A stretch of DNA of 62,988 nucleotides, counting the filler, from Olpidium bornovanus S191 (lineage: Eukaryota > Fungi > Olpidiomycota), in the NCBI GenBank assembly GCA_017911155.1. It is 26 parts of 26 records of this genome, joined end to end, with 100 filler letters (N's around TTAATTAATTAA, not from the genome) between each part and the next. Parts side by side here need not be neighbours in the genome. Positions count along the whole stretch, not along the records: positions 36,977 to 39,616 come from JAEFCI010004768.1; positions 39,717 to 46,857 come from JAEFCI010012219.1; positions 46,958 to 48,012 come from JAEFCI010010971.1; 23 more parts are not named here. One strand, given 5' to 3'. Numbering within the stretch: position 1 is the first letter of the stretch; every line of letters begins with the position of its first letter. Shown here one piece after another: positions 36,877 to 48,112 of this stretch. The notes under the pieces are model-generated. The model was given only the letters and a program-made list of their open reading frames with translations. It was not told the DNA's origin and did no database searches. Position numbers and translations under genes: made by a program.

Positions 36877-37366
36877 NNNNNNNNNNNNNNNNNNNNNNNN
36901 NNNNNNNNNNNNNNNNNNNNTTAATTAATTAANNNNNNNNNNNNNNNNNNNNNNNNNNNNNNNNNNNNNNNNNNNNCATGTCAGTCACCTTTTTGACGGG
37001 TGACTTCTAAAAAAAAATCTTCAACCCCGCACAACACGTTCTCCTCCCCCTTAGTTGCGCATCGTTTCCGGCAATAGCCCATCGATTTTGATAATGTTAT
37101 TTCATTATCACTTGACCACGCTTGCTTCGACGACCGCCCGAAGCCCCCCCCCTTTTTTCATTCTTCGAAACAATAAACAAACGCGGACGTTCCGAACCTG
37201 TGCGAACGCTCTAAAACCCTACAGACGTGACCTCGCGCTCGTGAATCGCTTGCCAGAATTGAAGGCAGAAATGTGGGAGAAGGAATTTACAGGCCGTGAG
37301 TGGGCTGCTATTTAAGGGGCGAACGGAGCTGCTTAGGCGGAGGGTGATTTGCCAAGGAAATTGGAT

Positions 37367-37720
37367 CAATTGCCGAGGCGTGCCAACATTTTGCCAGGAA
37401 GGTCGCAAATTGGGGCCGGCAATTAGGCCAGCAAAGCCAATGGAGAGAACCGACGACCAATAAATGAGGGCGATCCGTGGGGCTAGGCGGGCCCAGCGCT
37501 TGCCACTGAGAACCCTCCCTTTCCCAAGGCGTGCCCGACCCGTTTGCTCCGTTCGTACTATTTTGTATCATAAACTAGCCAAAGGAAGAGAAGGAAATAG
37601 GCAGCACTTTATTATCGCAACAAGGTGCGAAGGCTGCGGCCGATCACAACCCCGGCCAATTGCCAAGGCGGGCAAACATTTTGCCAGGAAGGTCGCAAAT
37701 GGGGGCGGCAATTAAGCCAA
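37367..37720 (+). repeat. Two ~64-bp direct repeats 290 bp apart
   Basis: CAATTGCC(G/A)AGGCG(T/G)GC(C/A)AACATTTTGCCAGGAAGGTCGCAAAT..GGG..GGCAATTA.GCCA at 37367 and 37657. Confidence 0.85.
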
Positions 37721-38561
37721 CGAAGCCGGCCACCAGGAGTCGGAGGGAGGAGAGAGAGAGAGAGTATGAGAGTGAGAGGGAGGCCGTGACAGGGATCGCG
37801 GTCCTCGAGCGTAACCTTCACCTCCCGCGAAACACCACCGGGCCAGGCTCTGCGTGGGTGATACTGAGGGACTGTGAGTTCGACAAGGCATTTCAGGGTA
37901 TGCGTACATGACTGGGAAAATTTTCTGATATCATAATAGGCTTTGCAAATGCTTTCCGAAGATGAACTGGAATTTTTCCCTCAACATTGACAAAGAATTT
38001 TGTACAACCAACCACAATGATGGATGGAAGCCATTTCCTTCATGATTTCTCCAAGAAAATAAACATTATGCAAGTGTTTGTCTTTTGCTTGGCATGCCAC
38101 CATGATACGCCCTTCCTTTAATTCCGGCGCCACCTGTTCAGCAGGTATACTCTGACGACGCTACCAGCCAGATTACTCTGGTAGTGAACATGCCTTTATG
38201 GAACAATGTGAGCGGGATTCCCCGTTCAGGGTCAGCCGCAAACCTCATGATTCCTCAAGGTAAACCGTTTTGCGAATGCATAAGTACAGTGCATGTCCAG
38301 CTGCTGCAGGGCCTTTTAACATATGTCTGTTTCCATCACAGGTCTGTTCGGCTGAGTAGTCGTTACAGGAGACAATGCATAAGGTCCACTGATGAACATG
38401 ACCAAGCACCCACTAAAAGGCTGGTCCACCTGCTTCAGCCTTTTTTTTTCGACGCGCGGACAAAAAAATCGCGAAGGGGGTGGAGAAGGGGGGCGGGGGG
38501 AGGGGGGTTGTGTGTGGAAAAGTATGCGCAAAGCTCTTATCTGTACGCAAAGCTCTTATCT

Positions 38562-39222
38562 CTAACCGTAACGGACCCGCTCCACCTGGAAGGGCACGCA
38601 AAAAAATTCACGTGAGGACGTTCCTTGGAGCCCAAGTACGTCACCCGCGATTGTCTGTGCGTCACGCGCACAGGGGTTTGGCCCGCACCTTATTGTTGTC
38701 CGTGACGTGGACGTTTAGCCGGTCCTCGACCCAGTCCATGGTGGCGAACGTGTTCGGCTTGAGAATGCGGTGCTTTTCTGGGAGACTGGTGACGTGAAAA
38801 ACCTTTTTTTTTCCGGATTTCGCGGCAGTTTCGAGGGTTAGTACCCGCGCCACTGCTTCCCCCGCTCAGCGCACGGCCGCGAAAACCAGCAAAAAGGTAT
38901 CACAGATCAAATCGTTTGTTTTTCCCGGTGACCGAAATGCGTGGGAGGAGGGAGCGTACTGCGCCCGATCTGTCCGGCTCTTTGTGGCCGCCCGTTCTGC
39001 TCACCGGAGACGGGGAGCGTGTCGCGCGAGCGACCTTCAGGCCCTCAGTCCCTTTTCTCCCCACCCCAGGACCACCCTTCAACCCCCTTCCCCGTCGCGA
39101 GTTACCCTGCACACGCCCACCTGGTCGTCGGACAAACTGGCAGGCTTCACGTCGCCAGGGGATATGAGCGTCTTCCCGATAAGGGCCTTCTCCCAGTGGG
39201 CGACGTCCGCAGGCGTGGGCAT
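38562..39222 (-). CDS. Small potato-inhibitor-I / I78-like serine protease inhibitor (79 aa)
   Basis: Three exons (39222-39121, 38802-38689, 38585-38562) give MPTPADVAHWEKALIGKTLI...LPEKHRILKPNTFATMDWVEDRLNVHVTDNNKVERVRYG*, with the reactive-loop motif P....T.D....RL.V...D...V..V..G. Confidence 0.8.
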
Positions 39223-39426
39223 GGATCGCGGCGTGTGCGTGCGCGAGTGCTGGGCGCGTGCATTCGCCGGTGCGGCGCGCAGGCAGCAAGCACGCAAGGC
39301 GGGCGGGGCCGGGCCGGGCCAGGCAAGCGGCAGGCAGGCAGACCGCGGGGAAGACGGCGCGCGCTCGGTTTCCTCCTCGTGTGACTGTGGACTGTGAACG
39401 TATTTGTGTGTGGAGGAAGTTTCCGG

Positions 39427-39459
<33 letters not shown>

Positions 39460-39466
39460 GGGGGAA

Positions 39467-39502
<36 letters not shown>

Positions 39503-39863
39503 GCAGCCGGGGTATAAAAGGAGCTCCGGGCCCCCCGCCCGCGCGTCCCATTCCCCTCAAACATCGCGTGTCGATAAGGGAGGAGAGACCTTTGGCATCC
39601 CCCTGAAACAAGGACGNNNNNNNNNNNNNNNNNNNNNNNNNNNNNNNNNNNNNNNNNNNNTTAATTAATTAANNNNNNNNNNNNNNNNNNNNNNNNNNNN
39701 NNNNNNNNNNNNNNNNCCCGCCGCCGCCGCAGCCGTGCTCGGGGATCTGACTGACGCCGGAGACGTAAAGGCGGGATTCTCTCTCTTTTTCTTTCTCTCT
39801 CCTTTTCTCGCTCCCTCACCACACGCTCCCCGGACGAGAAGGCTATGTCGCAATAACAAGACA

Positions 39864-41662
39864 ATGGCACCGCGCTCCTTGTCCGCCGCCGGTGCTTTCC
39901 TGGCGATCTCCTTGCTCGCCGCCGTGCAGCTTCTTCCGCGCGCGGCCGACGCGCAAAGCGCCTTCATCCTCCCGGGCAAGCACTTCGTACGTCTTTGCGC
40001 GGAACGCGAAACGCGCGAATTTCCCCTCCCCCCTCCCCCCGGGCGGCGCCGCGTGCGGAAGGCACCACCATGCGCGTGACGAACAACCGCGCTTGTGCTG
40101 ACCGAACCCCTCCTGCGCGCCGTTGCGCACGCACGCGCCCCGTTTGTGTGGCGTTCCCGCTCGCGACCCCGACAACCCAGGCCCTATGCTCCAGCTCGTT
40201 CGAGTTACCGCCGGTGAAAAAGGCCGGCACCAAGACCTCCAAGCCCATGCACTTCAACCACCTTTTCGCAAACATCACCCAGGACTTCCCGAAGTCCACC
40301 GGGGGACAAATGCAAGTCTGGACAATGCCGGTATGCCAAGGGACGATTTGGCAGCCGTGGTGGGCTTTCTTTTTCTTTTTTTTTTTGTTTGCGTGAATAA
40401 GAACGTCGCGCGGAGAAATTCGTGGCGCAAAGCTTTGAGTTCTGCTAAATCGAAGCGGTGAAAGGAAGGACGGGCTGTTTGTACCCCCAACAGCAAGGGC
40501 GATTTGTGCGGTTTGCGTTACCCGGTTTCCAGGCGTAACGCTTCGTTGGGAAACTTTTCTTTTTGCGTACCGTGGGCCTCGGCCAGCTCGACACGTACAC
40601 AAACAATTTTGTCCGGAACGAGACCAGAGATGCGTACGTCAGGCGCGGAATACGGCACGAACTCCCGCGCTCCTTGTTTCCCGAAGCTTTGCCAGCACCG
40701 AACGCATTGGCCCCGTAGTGATGTTGCGTTTCTGGTTGCTGAATCCTTAGTGCAATAGCGGACTCGTACAAAGATTTGAGTTGCCCTAATCTCGTTGCCA
40801 ACTGGTATGGATAAGAACTTTTGTCCCTGAGGTTTGATTTGCTCAAATGTTTCCTTGCCTTGGAAGGTGACATTTCCGCGGGTCGCGTAATTGACGGCCG
40901 CAGCCTTTTTAACGCGACGCTGGATTTATCAACAAATGACACGTGTGTGGTTATCTACGTAAGAATAGGCCGTTGAGTGACTGAGTGAACTTCTTGGACG
41001 GGAGGGAAGTTCAACGGAAATCTCATCGTTTCCGCTCTTCCGTCCAGTCGAATCTCGTCGCCGAGCCTCTCTCCGTTTCCTACTTTATGAAGTTCAGCGT
41101 CTACCAGGAAGAGACAAAGGCCAGCAGACTCCTAAGCAGCGTCTCGGACGTTGGGATTGTGCTGATTACTACAGCAGGTGATTAGGCAAAAGATATCGCG
41201 GTGGTCTGCTAATTTCATGGTTCCACTAGAAGCGCGAGATCAAAGGCGCTAATGCTTTCTCTTTCTTACAAATTTGCAAGCATCGGTCGGATTGCTGCTT
41301 CTTACTGGTGAGCAATTATCCTTCGAATACTTTGCTTGTTCTCCTCCCTTCAGTTCTCACACAACCTCTCTGCAAGTGAGCCTGACGCATTTTTTCGTTT
41401 CCGCTGCTCGGTGTCCGCAGTTGTTCCTTTTGCGATATATGAGAAGCTCCGCTTTCGGTCCGAGGAATCCAAGATGAAGCTCAGGGACCGCCTGGCCAGG
41501 GCGGCGGCTGCCGCGGCAGCCAAGACGACGGGCAGCGGCGGAGCAGCGGCCACGGCTGGTGACCGCGTCCCGCTGGTTGGTTCCGCTAGGGGGTACAAGC
41601 CCCTTGGGGACGAGTATTCCGCGGCGATGGAACTCGAGGAGAGGATAAACCAGGAAGTCTGA
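39864..41662 (+). CDS. Hypothetical type I membrane protein built from many short exons
   Basis: Signal peptide MAPRSLSAAGAFLAISLLAAVQLLPRAADA. Successive GT-AG exons (ALCSSSFELPP..., EGRAVCTPNSKGDLC, DSYKDLSCPNLVAN, SNLVAEPLSVSYFMKF...VGIVLITTAG, VVPFAIYEKLRF...EERINQEV*). Some internal exons are uncertain. Confidence 0.6.
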
Positions 41663-43209
41663 CGTGCCGCTGTGTTGGGTCGGCGGAAGGGAGGTTGCGC
41701 CTGTTTGCATGACTCTATCATCTTTTTTATTGTGCCTTCAATCGCATTATTGATATCGTCGATTATGACAAGGAGCGTATGCACTGCATTCTTGACCCGC
41801 TCGTTAAGGGCTTGACGAAACTTCCCGTACGTCTGGCGCGGACGTCTTGGCGATATCCACTTCGTTTGGAAATCAATATGGTTTAGTCCAGCTGGCACTG
41901 TGTCACTTTTACGTGATATCAATGACACAAGTGCGGCCCATTTATGTTGTGTGAGGTTGTGTCATTCAACTGTCATGGAATTGTCTGCACATCATGCAGG
42001 ATAAAGACTCAGATCACACCGACAACTGAGCTTTTGACTATTTGCAACTGCTGAGGTCCTGATGACGTCGTAACCAGACTACTTATCACGTATCCTCATT
42101 GAGTCAACTTGCATCAAAAGGATAGGAAAAAAAGAACGCAAATTTAAGGGTCAGTCGGGGAGTTATGCTGGTCATCATTCGTATCTTCATGTCAGATCTC
42201 CTGCATGACACATAATCATGCGCTCTTTACAACAACCGGTTTTGCCTTGCGGCCGCCGACCCTACGCAGAGACATGCCGAGTTCATATGCATGTGCAGGA
42301 TGGCACTTGCAATGGAAACTGGCCGTTACTTGAGGCACCAGGCAACGCTGTGCGGTGTTTTATCATGCACCCGGCGCCTTCTTTCGGCGGAAAAGGGCAG
42401 CTAAAACTGCAAAAATGCTTTTCTTCGTACGGACATCATCAGCGAGGCAGCCCTTACAAGGCTTTCTGTCGTCGCTTGTCAGAAAGCTCATTGCTGACAA
42501 AAAAAAACGTCCTTCAGCGCGCGTGCGCGCGATCGCCTTTCCTTACCAGTCGGTTGCATCCTTTACTCACGGAGTGGACCATCCGACGGGTAAGAAGAAA
42601 ACGCGACACGTTCTCCCTCTGGTCCCACGCAGCAGAAACTGCAGCGCATTATTGGGGAGCGGCTGCGTATGTCGAGTAGTCCGCTGGCAGGCACAACAAT
42701 TAGCAGCCCCGATCTGAAATGTACAGATGATATTGCGTCCAGAAAAAAAAAGATCGCCGAAGTGAAGAAGCGGCGTGACGAAGCACAGAAGAAATGCGAC
42801 GTTTCCAATTCGTGAACTCGCGGCCGCTCGCGTAAACTCCCACAATTTGACAACTGTTGTTAAGATCAAGCGCCTGCAAATTCCGACGGCGCCTTATCTT
42901 CTTTATTTTCGTTTCTGGTTTGGCTGCGCACCTACGGCGTACGGGGTTTATCCGAGTTCGTCCGCCCAAAAGAAACCAAACGAAAAAAAGGCCACCGAGC
43001 TTAAGGCGCTCTGCCGGAAACGAGGTCAGAACTGAGAGCTCCGGTTCTTTTGCATGAGGCGACAGCGCGATATTTGGCAGAAGCTTAAAAAAAAACAAAG
43101 TAATGATGTGCGAGTTTTATGTGCATGGTGGTCCCTATGCAAGTTGTATAAAGCGAAAGATTAATTAACAAAAAAAAAGAAGAAAGAGAATAATTAAGGT
43201 GCGAATGAT

Positions 43210-45727
43210 TTATCCGGAGGCCGAATTGGCGTCTGACATGTCGGCGATGCTCATGTCGGCGGGGAACACGGGATCAGTAGATGACGAGGTGTCCAGCCAG
43301 ATGGCGGTCGCAGTGGCGTCAACCTGCAGCGGCGTCGCAGCGAGTGCCTCCTTGCCTGCTGGCGCGGGAGCGTTCGCAGGCGTCGGAGTCGGCGGCACCT
43401 CGGCAGGCTCGTTCTTGGTGGACGCGTCGACGGCCGCCGCGGCGTCCTCCGAAGCCGATTGGGCGGCGCCCGAGCTTTCGGTGGATTTAGGGAAGAAGGC
43501 AGTCGCCCCGCTCCCGTTCGCGACGGCATCGCTCGACGGCGACGGCAACGCCGTTGCGCTCGCCGCGGCGTCGGCGGCGGGGGCAACGGGGGCTGCCGCG
43601 CTTTCCGCGCCGGCGAGAGCGGCGCCGCCGGCTTCCAATCCGCCGGCAGGAGGTTCGGTGGCGGTGGCGGCACCCGTCGCGTTTTCCTCCTCACCGGTCA
43701 AAGCTGCCCCGGCGTCAGGGGTCGAGACGGCCTCCGAGACGCTTTCCGCCGCCGCGGTCGCCGCATCGGCGGCGGCCGCGGAATCGGTGGGGCTGCTGGT
43801 TGCGCTTTCCTCGCCGGCCGAGGTCGGCGCAGCATCGGCGGCGTCGGGCGTCGTGCTCGTCGCGTTTTCCTCGCCGGTCAGAGGCGCCCCGGCGTCAGGG
43901 GTGGGGGAGGGGGTGGCCTCCGCCGCCGCTCCGGCTTCCGGGTCGGCGGAGACGGTGGCGGCCGTGGTTTCGTTGCCGGTCGCAGTCGGCGGGGGGATCG
44001 CCGCTTCCAACGCCGCGCCGGCATGGCCGCCGGCGTACTCCGCCCAGCCGGGGCTTGAACTTTGGCATCCGGCATGATCCTCGCAGGCGGCCGGCGTGGT
44101 CTCGCCACCGCCGTAGTACCCGCTGCTCTCCCAGCCGCCGCTGGCGGGGGTGTACGCTGGGCTCACCTCGCGGCCGCCGCCGTGCTCCCCGCCCCACCCG
44201 CACTTTCCGCCGTCGCAGCCGCAGCTGTCGCACGCGGCGGGCGCCGACGTCTCCACCGCAGGGTGCGTGTAGCCGTGCTCCCACCCGTTCGTCGAGTAAC
44301 GACCCCCGCCGCCGTGCGCTGTCGTCTCGCCGCAGTATCCGGGGACCGTGGTGGTCCACGCCGTCTACGCGGGGAATAAACGGGGGAAAAAAAAAAAAAA
44401 AAAAAAAAAAAAAACCCCCGTTGGGGGGGGGGGGGGAAGGGGGGAAAAGGCCCCCCCCCCCCCCAAAAAAAAAAAAAAAAAGGAAAAGGACCCACGCAAA
44501 AACGGAAGGATATGCGGGTGAAGAAAAAAAAAAACACGAGAATTCCTTACGGTTTCCGTGACGGTTTCCGTGTCGGTCAAATATTTGACAGACGTCACGG
44601 TGGCGACCGACACGTCGGTGGCGGCCTCCGTTACAGTCTCGACGAGCGTGGTCTCCACGGCGTTGTGAACGGTGACCGGAACGGTGAAAACTTCCCTCTC
44701 GATTTCCGTCTCCACGACGGTGTGTAACAAGGTCGTCGGGATGTGCTCGAAAACGGTAGTCCAGATCTTTCTGTAAACCGTGGTGGGGGTGCTCTTGATG
44801 ATCGTCGTGGGCTCCGTCACGGTCGTTTCGACCGTTTCATACTCCGTGAACGTGACCTCCTTCGTGATGAAGCGGTCCACGGTGAACGTTTCGAAAACGG
44901 TGTCCTCCACCGTCAGGAATTTGGCGGAAGGGGCGCTCTCTGTGGTGGTCTCGAATATCGTTTTGTGAACCGTCGAATACACCGAAGCCGTCTCGGTGAT
45001 CGCGTTGTCGACAGTCTTTACGACCGTCTCGATCACGGAGGTCGGCACGGACTGGGTGACGGTGACCGGAGTGGACTCCACGACCGTGGTTGGTTGCCGG
45101 TACGTGACGGTCGCCGACTCCACGACGGTGTTGACCACGGTCTCAGTGCTCGTGACCGTGTTCTCCGCTGTTTCCGTCACCGCGACTGTGAGCGTGTCGT
45201 GGACGGTCTCGACGACGTGGACGGGCTCGGTGACGAACTCGGTGCAGGTCACGGTGTTGTGGACGGTAACGTGCGAAGTCTTCACGACCGTCTCGACGTA
45301 GCCGGCGTCGCACGTGGTCTCCCACTTGTTCACGCCGTATCCTCCGCCGTGTTTGTCGCCGTTCCTGTCCCCGTATTTCCCGCGGCCGCCGTCATTACCT
45401 CCGTAGCCGTCGTTTTTCTCTCCGCCGTAGCCGGAATCTTTCGAGGGAGTCCACCCGCGCTGGTGCGACCCGTCGTTACCGTAGCTCGAACCTGCTTGGG
45501 GGATGGGGTGCCCGATGGGACGAATTGCTCTTAAATCCAGCACCCGGGAGCTCCTTTACCAGGGCAAACTGTTGCGGCGGGCCGAGGGCGGATAGGGGAG
45601 GGGGAAGTCGAAACATACCGCCGGCAGATCCCCCGCGTTTCCATAACGGAGAGACAGCGACTGGACTCGAGAAGCCGATAGGCGTGAAAACCACGGCCAA
45701 GAAAAGAACCACGGACTTTCCGAGCAT
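43210..45727 (-). CDS. Secreted mucin/adhesin-like cell-surface protein (Gly-rich, Thr/Val/Glu-rich, Cys cluster, Ala/Ser/Thr-rich tail)
   Basis: Exons 45727-45619, 45491-44551 and 44364-43210 stay in frame. Signal peptide MLGKSVVLFLAVVFTPIGFS followed by a KR site. About 250 aa of VETV/TVT repeats. Internal repeats STPDAGA(P/A)LTGEE(E)NAT. Confidence 0.8.
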
Positions 45728-46755
45728 GGCGTGCGTGATCAACGGAAAACCGTGAATGTGTGTGTGTATGTGTTTATATGTGTGTGTGTGTGTGTAATGC
45801 TAAAAGCCTGTCCTTTTTCCCAAACGCGTCGGCATTGTTAGCCAAACCAGGGTGGCGGGCCGGCGTTTCCACTGGGGTTGCGCGCGCGCGTGGAGGGGGC
45901 ACCGCCGGGGAGGGTACGCGAAAAGGAGAACGAAAACACGGAAAAGAACCGCCCACCTACAGCGTGCGGATGATTTTCGTCCCACGCGGAAAGAATTACG
46001 TCTGACGCGCTCGGAGGTGGAGCGGAGGTTGGGGCGGTCGGAGGCGAAGATCTGCGCTATGCAAACGTGTGGCTATGCTTGTTGCGAAAAGCGGAAGGGG
46101 CAAAAAAAAAAAAAAAAAAAGTCGTGACCGGATGCAAAAAAAAAGAAACTTTGCGGGTGGAAATGCTGAGGTTTCGGTGAGGCGGTGCGGGGGGGGGGGT
46201 CGGGCGACGCGTATCGCGAACGTGAAGAAGGGAGAGAAAAAAAGAAAAAAAAGGAACCGCGGGTCAAAACGCCCCGTTCAGTTTATCGGCGAGCGGATGG
46301 ACCCCTTTTCTCCCTTTTCCCTCCCCCGCCCCCCCTAGCCCGCTTTCCCCCGGCTTTAATACGTGAGGGAAGGGAGCCTGTGTACTGCACCAGCCCGGGG
46401 CCGGGAGGACCGCCCCTCGTTCCACGGAGGCGGGCGCCGGGAAGCGCGCGTCCGCCTCGGAAGACCGCGGTGGGGTGGGAGGAGGCTATAGCCGACAGGC
46501 GCGTGGGGCCTGCCCAATGGTCCGTTGGCCCGGCGCGCGCGCCGGCCAATTGAACCGAGCCGCGCCGTTTTAATTAAATGCGCGTTTGGCAGAACAGAAA
46601 AACCGCAGCCCCGGCTGCGCGCGAAACACTCCGAGAATTCCGCTTCTTCTCCCAGGCGGCGGACGTGATTGGGCGTTGTCAGCGCCTCTCTGCCCCGCAC
46701 ACGCGCACGCGCACGCGCTCTTTTTCTCTTTTTCTCTCTTGCTTTCTCTCTATCT

Positions 46756-46818
<63 letters not shown>

Positions 46819-46984
46819 CCCTCCCCCCGGCCCCCCCCCCCCCCCTCCGCAAAAGACNNNNNNNNNNNNNNNNNNNNNNNNNNNNNNNNNNNNNNNNNNN
46901 NTTAATTAATTAANNNNNNNNNNNNNNNNNNNNNNNNNNNNNNNNNNNNNNNNNNNNCCCTCCCCCCCCCCCCCCCCCGGGGAA

Positions 46985-47022
<38 letters not shown>

Positions 47023-48112
47023 AGGAGAAATGTCGAGAAAGCATAAACAGCCCGTTCGGGGAAATAACCTCACCGAGCAAGTGCATCCCGCCGCAACGGA
47101 CGGCGGACGATACCTCTCAGTCGGGGACGCGGAAACGCGCGCTGGCCGCCCGTGACGCAACAACGCCCAGGTGAGAATTTTTTCGAGGGCGTCTTACACG
47201 CCGCGCGATCTCGACGCAGCGGCTGGCAGCTCGGCGCTCCAGCCCCATCGTAAACCTCCGCGTGCCGTAACCGGCGGCGACGCGTTCAAAAAAAGCGCGT
47301 GCCTTGTATTGGTGGGGGAGGGAGGGAAGGGGGATGGGGGGATGGGAGAGAAAAGAAAGGGGTGACAAGGAAAGGCGGCGGGCGCCGCGAACGCCCGGCG
47401 AAGGCGGGACAGGCGTTGGCGACGGGCGGGCAGGAAAGATGGAAAGTTTGTTTTTTGGCTTTCGAGGCACCGTAGGAGAAGCAACCCGACGATGCCATCA
47501 TCCCCTCGGTCCTCTCCCCAGCCCCTCACACCCCCCCCCCAAAAAAAGTAAAAACAAAGAAAATAAAAACCGTTGCTCATTTTGCGCATCCGTCGCATTC
47601 ACGCATTCGCCTCGCGCACACACGCGCCCTTCTCAGCAACTCCTTTTGTTTTCGCACGAAGGCGTAGGTTAAAACCTTTGGGTTTCGGCGCGAAACCCAT
47701 GCGGGGGCTGTCCTCGGCCAAACGGCATCGGCGCGGGAAGCTGCAGCCGGCACGCGTGAAATCCTGCGGCCCGGCGACGTCACACCGGGTGCCCAACAAA
47801 TGTCGCACTTTCACATGTGACCCGACGGGCGCTTTCGCGCGGCTCCCCTTCACATGCAGCAAACCAGCGGGCTTCGCTCGGCCGCAAGCATCATGGCAGT
47901 AACCCGAACGCCTAGGCGGCCGGTGCAGGTTCGGGGAAAAAAGTAAAAGAAAAACATCGCGCGCACGGCAGTGTCCGTCTGTAACCTGTTGCGCCCCTTC
48001 TAAACTGGCCACNNNNNNNNNNNNNNNNNNNNNNNNNNNNNNNNNNNNNNNNNNNNTTAATTAATTAANNNNNNNNNNNNNNNNNNNNNNNNNNNNNNNN
48101 NNNNNNNNNNNN

